Below are positions 13,501-22,172 of a stretch of 64,000 bases of DNA, piece by piece (within the stretch, counting starts at the first letter, position 1; each line of letters opens with the position of its first letter). The translations under genes and the position numbers were made by a program. This stretch comes from Rhizophagus irregularis (lineage: Eukaryota): positions 310,001 through 374,000 of the forward strand of contig NC_089429.1 in assembly GCF_026210795.1 (NCBI RefSeq), in the 5' to 3' direction. Under the pieces are notes generated by a model. It saw only the letters and a list, made by a program, of their open reading frames with translations, was not told the DNA's origin and searched no databases.

Positions 13501-14533
13501 TTTTTTAATGATGTCTATGATTTATCAAATGTTATGAAGCCTATTAGAGATGCTATTCTTAGTCTTGAAAGCAGTAATTCAACGCTAGCAGATTGCTATT
13601 TTTCTTTGGCGTGTCTTGGTCAATCAATTAACAAAATTTCTGAAAATGAAAATGTTAACTTTCGTCAGCATGCAATAAAATCTTTTAATGAACGTTTTAA
13701 AATGTATGATTTTGATGAATATCTCTTATCATATTATATTCACCCTGGTTATAGAGGTAAAAAAATTAATATTTATTATTTTAATAATGATAATATAGAT
13801 AGAAAATTAACAATTTTCATAATTAATAAATAGGTTCTGGTGTGAAAGCATGCCAATATCAAAGAATTCAAAGTGCAGCTGCACGTATTTGGCAACAAAT
13901 GTTAAAGATTTCTAACATTGCTGCTTACCTCAAAAAATTTAATTACACCAAAAAACAATCAGCAGAAATTCTTTTGGCGTAAATTGGTGAATTCTACTTA
14001 CAATCAGTACCATATAATACACCATATAATTCACAGGTAAATATACCACTTAGCTGATGGAAGATGTGTACACCTGTTCCGCCTTATTTACAACTGCTCG
14101 CAATCAAATTATTCTCAATTATTCCACATGCAGCTAGTTGTGAGAGGGTTTGGTCGATTTGTGGATGGGTGGTTGGAAAAAGGAGAACGCGATTATTAAC
14201 TGATAATTTAGAAGCTATAGCAAAAATCATCAGCAAGTTTTAAACAGGCGTATAAAGTGTTGAAAAATGCCATGTGTTGCTCAACGCCAAAAAACGTAGG
14301 GAAACGAAACGAACCCTTTGTCAATCAACGCTACTTAAAAACGTTTAAAACCGCATAAAACAACACCAATTTAAATGTAAAGCTACACGTAGTAAAACAA
14401 CAATAGTTTAAAAACGCGTATACAATGTATAAAAACGCGTATATTGATATTAAAAATGCGTCAAGCAATGGTTTTTTAGTCATCGTACAATAGTTAACAT
14501 TGTAGTATTAATTTATAAACATATATTTTATTG

Positions 14534-15389
14534 CAGTGTTCGGAAATGACCTGGTCATTTGACCATTTTTCGGATTAGGAGTCATTTGGTCAAATGACAC
14601 CCCATCATTTGGCATTTGGCATTTGAATTATTCGCGAAATGACAAATGCCAAATGATTGGGTATCATTTGACTGTCATTTGCGTCCTTTGTCATTTGGTC
14701 ATTTGTCATTAAAATATTTAAAGATTATTGGACAATTTATAATCACGTGATGTACAAAAAAGGAAGGACGTAATCAAAATAATCACAAACAGAAAAAATT
14801 TCACCGAATTATTTATTTTTTACTGTAATCTGAAAATAATAAATAACACAACCATAATTATTAAAGTGATAATATCTGATATGTTATTTATTATATATAA
14901 TTTTATTATATAATTATATGCATAAATAAATATTATGGCCATCTTATGATTAAATAAAGACAACAATTATATGTAAAAATGGGGAAAAATGGGATCCACT
15001 ACATGTGTTACAATTAAATATTTTATTGCAAAATTATTAACTTTTATCTGTGTGGATAAAATGATCATTGGTGAAATAATTACAAGTGAAATAATCCTGT
15101 CTATAATAATATTATTAACAAATAATAACCTGTAAAAATAATACCAAAATCACGTGATTAAAAATCTTTACTACTATTGGAACTTTTTTGATTATATATA
15201 TTAAACCAATTTTGTTTTAATATTTTTGTTTTCTTAATTAAAATAAACAAAATAATTAATAAAAATTCTCAGAATATTTAATATTTTTCAAATGACTTAA
15301 ATGACAGGTCATTTGAGTTGCAAATGACAAATGACAAATGACTTGTCATTTGAGTCATTTGTTCATTACAAGTCATTTGCTGAACACTG
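14534..15389. mobile_element. hAT-type MITE nested in the 5-kb element
   Basis: TIR CAGTGTTCGGAAATGAC / GTCATTTGCTGAACACTG, perfect 8-bp TSD TTTTATTG and GTCATTT subterminal repeats. Confidence 0.93.
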
Positions 15390-17179
15390 TTTTATTGTAT
15401 ATTATTAATATATATATTATATAAAATGTGTAAATTTATTTATGATAAAATACGGATATCGAATACTGAATATATTATCAATGTAAATTACTCTTGTTAT
15501 AATTGGATTGCCGCGGATTTTTAAGCGATCAATGTCTAAATTTCCGTTGACAAAGCGCACAGTGGCTTAGCGGAATATGAGGTGGGATGTGATTTTAACA
15601 ATCAACTAATTGATCTTTCTACGCGATAATTATATTAATATATATTGTCTAATGTAAATCTATATAATTAAATAAAAAAAAAAGTTTTCGAATATTCGAA
15701 AACAATTATTCCTAAAAAATGAAAGAAATGTTTAATTAGTAAAAAAATAAAAAAAGATGGTAAAGTTTCGCAATGAAACTTACCATTTTAAATTCTAACG
15801 CTCCTAATCGACACCTCGGAAGCCCTGAACCTATAAAAATAAAAAAAAACATTAGACAATGTTTTAAACTAAAAAAAATAAAGTTTCGTAATACGAAACT
15901 TACAATCCAATCAATCCAATTATCCCAAGTACCCGAAGCCTACAAAAATAAAAAAGAAAACATTAGTAATAATATTAAAAAATTGATAAAGTATCGCAAC
16001 ATTTTGTTGCGAAACTTACCTATCACCATCCGGAATTCAAAATATCCTGAAGCCTAAATAAAAAAATAAAGATAATGGAATGTTAATAACCTTAATTAAA
16101 AAAAATAAAAAAATGGAAGTTTCGTAACGAAAAAATGTTACGAAACCTACCATTTTATATTTCCAGAAACCAAACCTGCAAAAAAAGAAATGAAACGTTT
16201 AGTTAAACGTTTCTTAAAGAAAGAATTAAAAAAAAACTTACCGTTTTCCAAAATTCCAAATCCGGAAATCGAACCTACAAAAAATAAAAGAAACGTTCGG
16301 TTAGAACGTTTCTTAAAGAAAAAAAGATAAAAACGAAAGTTTCTTACGAAACTTACCGTTTAAAGTCCCTCTTCTTAAATTTCCCGAAACCTAAAAAAGA
16401 ATAAAGGAAACGTTAGTAAGAGTTTTCTAATAAAATAAAAAAAATATTATTAAGTTTCGTAACGAAACGAAACGTTACAAAACTTACCCAACAGTTCGTC
16501 CATTTTGAACTCTCCGATCCTACAAAATGGATAAAGGAAACGTTTAGTAAACGTTTCCTAATAAAAAATTAAAAAAAAAATTAAAAAATTACCCTTCGAA
16601 ACTTACAATATCCAAGATCCGAAGTTGAACACGCCGAAGGTCCTACACAAAGAAAATATAGGAAACGTTAGAAACGTTTCCTTATAAAAAAAAATGAAAA
16701 TTTTTTTTTTAAAAAGTTTCAAAGCAAAATGCTTCGAAACTTACCCTTTTCCCGGCCGTTTCCCAAAAAGAGACCTACAAAAAAAAATAAGATAAACATT
16801 AGAAACGTTTTCTTATAAAAAAAAATGAAAACAATTTTTTTTTAAAAGTTTCAAAGCGTAAAATTACGCTTTGAAACTTACTCTTTTTCCCGTTTCCCAA
16901 AAAAAAGACCTACAAAAAGAATTTAAAGAAACGTTAGTAAACGTTTCTTAAAAAAAAAATATTAAAGAATAAAGTTTCGCAACGTTTCGTTGCGAAACTC
17001 ACCATTTCGTCTACCCGAAAAACCCGTAGACCTACAAAAATAAGAAGAGGAGAAACGTTAGTAAAGCGTTTCTTAAAAAAAAAATTAAAACAATAAAGTT
17101 TCGCAACGGACTCACCTATTCTACCCAAAGTCGAAATCCCGTTTAGAAAACGTCTAGGAATTCGCAGACCTAAAAAAGA

Positions 17180-18190
17180 AAGAAAAATGAAACGTTAGTC
17201 ACGTTTCGTTAAAAAAAAATGAAAAGACAAATAATAACTCAAAAGCGTTAAAAAGCGTTTCGTTAAAAAAAAGAAAAAATAAAAAAATTGGAACGTTAAC
17301 CAGCGTTCCATTAAAAAAATAAAAAAAATTATATTACGAAACGTTAAAAAGCGTTTAGATTAAAAAAGAAAATCGGAGCGTTAGCGGCGTTTGATTAAAA
17401 AAATGAAAAAAAGTTAATACTTGAAAACGTTAAAAAAAGCGTTGAACAAAAAAAAATGTAAGCTAGAAACGTTGTAAGCGTTATTAAAAATGAAAAAAAG
17501 TTATTAGCGAAAGCGTTAAAAAAAGCGTTTCGTTAAAAAAAATGAAATAAAAAAAACAATCGGAGCGTTATCCACGTTAGATTAAAATTTTTTAAAAAAA
17601 CAATATTTGAACGTTTTTTAAGCGTTCCGATTAAAAATGAAATAAAAAAATTAAGAAAATGGAGCGTTAGCCGAACGTTCGATTAAAAAACAATATTTCA
17701 AGAGCGTTTTTCGCGTTCGATTAAAAATTAAAAAAATAATAAATCGGAGCGTTAGCAAAAGCGTTCCGATTAAAGAAATTTTTTTTAAAAAAAAACAATA
17801 TTTGAACATTTTTCAACGTTCGATTAAAAATGAAATAAAAAAATTAATCGGAACGTTAACGTCATTAAAAAAAACAATATTTCGTTAACGTTTTCAACGC
17901 CTGATCAAAAAAAAATAAAAATAATAAATTTCGAACGTTTTCAAACGCCTCGATTAAAGAATAAAAAAAACAATATTTCTTAAAAAATGAAATAAAAAAA
18001 TTAATCGAACGTTAGCTAACGCTCCGATTAAAGAAATCAATATTTGAACGTTTTAACGCTTAACGATTGATGAAATAAAAAAATTAATCGAACGTTAGCC
18101 AACGTTCCGTTAAAGAATTAAAAAAATAATATTTCGAACGTTAACGTTCATTAAAAATGAAAGAAAAATAATCAGAAAGTAGCCCGTTCC

Positions 18191-18244
<54 letters not shown>

Positions 18245-18400
18245 AAAAAAATAAAAAATAATCAACGCTTCGCAGACGAAATTTAAAAAATTTAAACGCA
18301 GCGTTACCGATTAAAAAAATTAAAAAAAAGAATAATATTTGAAACGTTACTAAAAAAGCGTTTCGTTAAAAAATGAAAGAGTAGTTTCGCAATGTTTCGT
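17180..18400. repeat. Degenerate tandem hairpin repeats (AACGTT/AGCGTT cores between A tracts), including a 49-nt A run at 18194-18242
   Basis: Repeated GGARCGTTAG..AACGTTC units fill predicted intron 1. Confidence 0.8.
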
Positions 18401-18529
18401 TGCGAAACTTACCAGAAGTTTGATACCTTCCAACTTTTTTCCGTATAAGGCTCATATCTCAGGAATTAATAACCTTATATTACGGAATTTACAGAGTTTT
18501 TACATGAATAACGGATAAAACTTTTTATA

Positions 18530-18780
18530 GGATGAAGGGGAAAACGAAAGGGTTATGGGAAAATGAAAGGGAAGGAGAGAACGAAGGGGAGAACGAAAGT
18601 GTAATAGGAAAACGAAAGGGAAGGGGAGAATGAAAGGGTTATGGGAAAACGAATGGGAAGGGGATAACGAAAGTGTAATAGGAAAACGAAAGGGAAGGGG
18701 AGAATGAAAGGGTTATGGGAAAACGAATGGGAAGGGGATAACGAAAGGTAATGGGAAAAACGAAAGAGAAAAAGCAAAAA
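18530..18780. repeat. Purine-rich repeat containing two tandem 74-bp units
   Basis: Units start at 18592 and 18666 (AACGAAAGTGTAATAGGAAAACGAAAGGGAAGGGGAG...). Confidence 0.85.
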
Positions 18781-18859
18781 AAATTAAGCTTTGCTAAAAA
18801 AAGCTTAATTTTTTTTTTGCTATACCACAGTGGCGCAGTGGTAATTATTAATCCAGTAT

Positions 18860-18874
18860 CACGTGACACACGTG
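18860..18874. promoter_or_regulatory. Paired CACGTG E-boxes; candidate promoter of the microexon transcript
   Basis: TCACGTGACACACGTGA lies upstream of the first donor on the minus strand. The same motif occurs upstream of several host genes here (22011, 22051, 25249, 41563, 55477, 56423). Confidence 0.45.
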
Positions 18875-20172
18875 ATATATCATTACATAAAATACGTAAT
18901 GCTTAATATTAATTTTAATAAATATTTATAATTGTACAATGGTTAGATCGTGAGATTTGATATATTAATAGTGTAATTGAGGTGAATCCGGTTCGGTTCC
19001 TAAGGTGAGTAAAAATAAATAAATTAATGTAATTTATTTAGTTGTGTTAATATACAGTGCGTTGAACTACACATTAGAGTTGAACGACGCGTATATTAAC
19101 ATTATGTGTTGGTATACTCCAGTATACGGGTGTTGATTAATATTGTAAAATGCGTTGAACAACTAGCTGGTGTTGATCAATGCGTATACTGGTGTGAATC
19201 AACACTTTTCAAACTTGCTGATGATACATTCTTATTATATTGCCAATAGTAGATCTGAATTACCTAATTATAGTAAAGATCGAACTGCTGATGAACTTTG
19301 CGCAATTTTAAATGATGCTAATCTTTGTGATGATGATGAATATGTTGATGATTATAACGAAGAGAAAATGATAAAGTTGGTGTCAAGTCCACCTGTTGAT
19401 GATGATCGTGAACAAGTTCCATCTCAGAATTTGGAAATTTTACAAGTGCTAGATCTGGATTTAATGTTTAGAGATAATTTAACCGATAAGCAATTAGAAT
19501 TAGATGGGATTGGATTTTATTCAAGAGTAAGAGTAACAAGACGATTTTGATCCAGATTTATTGGTTCAAAATTTTAATTCATAATTAATATAATTTTATG
19601 TAAATATGTAATAACGTTTAAATTAGTATAGTATTCATATATAATATAATTTTAGTTATAAATATTAATAAAATTTAGTAAAATAACATAAAGTTTCGGT
19701 TATATTTCGGTATATAAGTTTCGGGATAGTTTTGGGATAGTTTCGGGTTTCAGATTTCGGAAAATAAATGCATATTCTGAAACTAAGTTTCGGTATATAC
19801 CTAAACCTAAAGGGTTTCAGGGAGTTTCGGTTTCATATCCCATGTTTAATTTCAACGCCATTTTGTAGTTTAAGTTAGTAACAATTAAACTATGTTGAGT
19901 TATTTTAAATATATGCATTCAAAATATTTTTATTAAATTTCTAATTTGGACAATTTTATTTGATGAATTGTTATGTCTCAAACCATACAAAAAAAATATA
20001 AAGGAAATATTAAAAGTATTTCCTTATAAAAATAAGAAATTTTTTTCAAAGCGAAATATTTCAAAACTTATTTTTTGTTATTTTTCTAAAAAAATTATAA
20101 AAAATATAAAAAAAAACGTTAGAATCATTTTCTTATAAAAAAAATGAAAATTTTTTTTTTTTGAAGTAAAAT

Positions 20173-20398
20173 AAGACCCCGTCTACTATTAAAATAGGTT
20201 ACTTTATGGTCTAAAGTAAGGTTTACATATAAAACTCTTTGAAGATCTTACTATAAAAAGAAATTTTATGTTACATTGTTATGATTTTTTTTCCTTTTTA
20301 GTCAATTAACCAATAGAATTTAAGCAAATCCTAAGGTAAGATTTCATATGAAAGTGAAATTTCTACTGGTAACATATCTTAGTAGTAGGTGGGGTCCT
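20173..20398. mobile_element. Degenerate AGGACCC-type MITE
   Basis: AAGACCCCGTCTACTA / TAGTAGGTGGGGTCCT with imperfect 8-bp TSD AGTAAAAT/AATAGAAT. Confidence 0.65.
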
Positions 20399-22010
20399 AA
20401 TAGAATACTTTAAATTTATAATTTAAGAAATGAAAAAAATAAAACTCTAGAACTATTTACAGAAAATGTAAATAATTTGATAAATTTTGTGATATAATGT
20501 TAATTCTAAAAATATGAGCCTTTTGCAGAAAAAAATGGAATATAAAAAATGAAAAAATAAAAAGTAAAGGACAAAACAAAAAGATAAGAAGAGGAGAGAA
20601 TGAAAAGAGAAGAATGAAATGAAAAGAAAAGAAAGAATAAAAAAAATTAAGATTTGTTAAAAAAAGCTTAATTTTTTTTGCTATACTGCAATCCACCTTG
20701 GTAATTATTAATCTAGTATCATGTAATACATGTGATATAGAGTACATTATATAAAACACATAATGCTTAATATTAATTTTAATAAATATATATATACTTA
20801 AATTAAATAGTACAGTGATTAGATTGTAAAATACGATATTGTAAGTTAAGATAACTAGCTCAATTTTTAAGGTGAGTAAAACAAATATTATATAAATACA
20901 TATATATATTGTATATAAAAATAAATAAAATAAATACTGGTAATATTGTAAATTATGTTGAATATACCCAATCAGCATAATTTTACTAAATGATTTTAAA
21001 GGGACAATTTTTTGTATAACAATTAGCATAAGTTAAATTTTTATCAAAAGACTAAACAAATTTTATTTAATAATCAGTATTAGTTAATTTGTGATTATTG
21101 ATTTTACCAATTTTTGCCATTGATTAAAAAATCTAATAATTTACATAACCAATCAACAAAAATCATTTTATAAGTTTTTAATAATTAATTCACATAACCA
21201 ATTGGCAAAAATCATGCTAAAAGCTCTTAATGGTTAAAAGTTTTGATTTTGACTAGTGAAAATATGAAAGAATGTCTAGTTATAATATAGGATTTACTCT
21301 AAAAGTAAATAATATTTTTGATTTTTAATAAAGTTACTGATTTTTAAAGAAACAAATTTAGTTTGTACAAAGAACGAATTTATTTTAAACTAGAAATTCA
21401 AGTTTTTTATTTTAAATCCCTTACTGTATATAAATAAGTTTTTTCAGAATATTATTATATAATTAATAGAGTTGTGCAACTCAACAAATTTTCTATTCCA
21501 TATGATCTAAAAGTATTTATCACTGGTATTACATCTTACTGCATTTTCACTGTTTATATTTATTTAAACTTTAAAGGACTTAGTTTTTTTTTTTACCACC
21601 AAAATTATTTTTTTCATATCCTTTTAAATGTTACCAGTTAATACATCAAATAAATTTTAATTATAAAAAGACAAATTTATTCTAAACTAGAAATCCAGCT
21701 TTTTTATCCTAAACCCCCTATATAAATAAGTTTTTTCAGAATAACCATTATGTAATTAATACAGTATAGAATAAGAACCCAGTCAAGCCGGTTAAATGAT
21801 ATTGAGTATGATATATATATATCATACTCAATAACTATATTAAGTCTATTTTAAGGACACTTTTTTATATAAATAATTAGTTTAAATAATTTCTATTAAA
21901 TTTAATATTTTATTGGTTGACTGGTAATACGGGTTACCAATGACTTTTTCCCTTATATCATATAGCTTTTAAAACAACTTTTTTAAGCCGCAAAAAAAGT
22001 CGACCCAAAT

Positions 22011-22096
22011 CACGTGTACATACTACATAAATCGCGTTTATTTATTTAAACACGTGATAAAAGATATACCGCGTTATTTCCTTTTATAATACGCGT
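22011..22096. promoter_or_regulatory. Cluster of CACGTG and MCB-like CGCGT motifs
   Basis: CACGTG at 22011 and 22051, CGCGT at 22033 and 22070, and ACGCGT at 22091, in otherwise CpG-poor DNA 80-160 bp before the ATG. Confidence 0.5.
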
Positions 22097-22172
22097 TATT
22101 TACGTATAAAAAAAAATATTTAAATACACTTATCTTATTTCTTATTGATTAGATAGTTTTAAAGTTTGCAGA

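Larger units (their letters stand above)
15660..18800 (-). ncRNA. Predicted multi-microexon spliced transcript (13 introns, 12 internal exons of 25-54 nt); non-coding or short-peptide-coding
   Basis: Regular GTAAGT/GTGAGT/GTAGGT donors, CTAAC-like branch points and YAG acceptors. Internal exons: 17116-17169, 17003-17031, 16882-16909, 16745-16774, 16607-16642, 16488-16519, 16357-16390, 16242-16274, 16151-16175, 16020-16053, 15904-15939, 15784-15830. Transcript ends are approximate and expression is not shown. Confidence 0.7.
14228..19223. mobile_element. ~5-kb non-autonomous TIR element carrying a microexon array (possibly CMC/EnSpm-related)
   Basis: Perfect 13-bp TIR CATCAGCAAGTTT / AAACTTGCTGATG. 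The 2-bp TSD AT is deduced from the interrupted transposase codon. No transposase ORF inside. The superfamily is inferred only from the CA..TG ends and 2-bp TSD. Confidence 0.9.
12168..19550 (+). pseudogene. BED zinc-finger hAT transposase pseudogene
   Basis: BED finger (IWRFF..CLAC..EKH), DGWT, TDAGSN, CIAHSLNL, TRWTT and ASCERVWS. Premature stops near 13980 and 14055. The frame LEAIAK-IHSYYIANS rejoins across 14228-19223. Confidence 0.9.
11849..19848 (+). mobile_element. hAT (BED-finger) DNA transposon interrupted by a 5-kb insertion
   Basis: TIR TAAACATGGG / CCCATGTTTA, 8-bp TSD ATCTCAAC/ATTTCAAC and CCGAAAC subterminal repeats at both ends. Confidence 0.92.
11436..19985. mobile_element. 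Tc1/mariner-like MITE (~550 bp of its own sequence) split by the hAT insertion
   Basis: Degenerate TIR TAGTTGGGGACACAACAAATCATCAA / TTGATGAATTGTTATGTCTCAAACCA with TA on both sides. Removing it restores the CCTACAAAA acceptor of the old microexon array. Confidence 0.75.
8346..20970 (-). mobile_element. Old, CpG-decayed copy of the microexon-array element (segments ~8346-9062, 10648-11435, 19986-20172, 20399-20970)
   Basis: Repeated AAACTTAC-exon-CTA(C)AAAA units. 8810-8880 aligns with 17133-17205 and 20640-20880 aligns with 18778-19010, with CG changed to TG/CA. Outer ends are not resolved. Confidence 0.75.

Noticed and set aside
15773..16057. Plus-strand 94-aa ORF, and the minus-strand ORF at 16934-17128
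   Set aside because: Chance read-through of intron/exon repeats, with K/I/N- or F-biased composition.
15712..17172. CRISPR-like repeat-spacer array
   Set aside because: The repeats vary in length and carry complete spliceosomal signals, so they are better explained as introns.
18553..18869. Two overlapping F/P/S-rich ORFs
   Set aside because: Translations of the 74-bp purine repeat.
20457..21029. 190-aa hydrophobic ORF
   Set aside because: Low-complexity AT-rich translation of the decayed head of the old microexon element.
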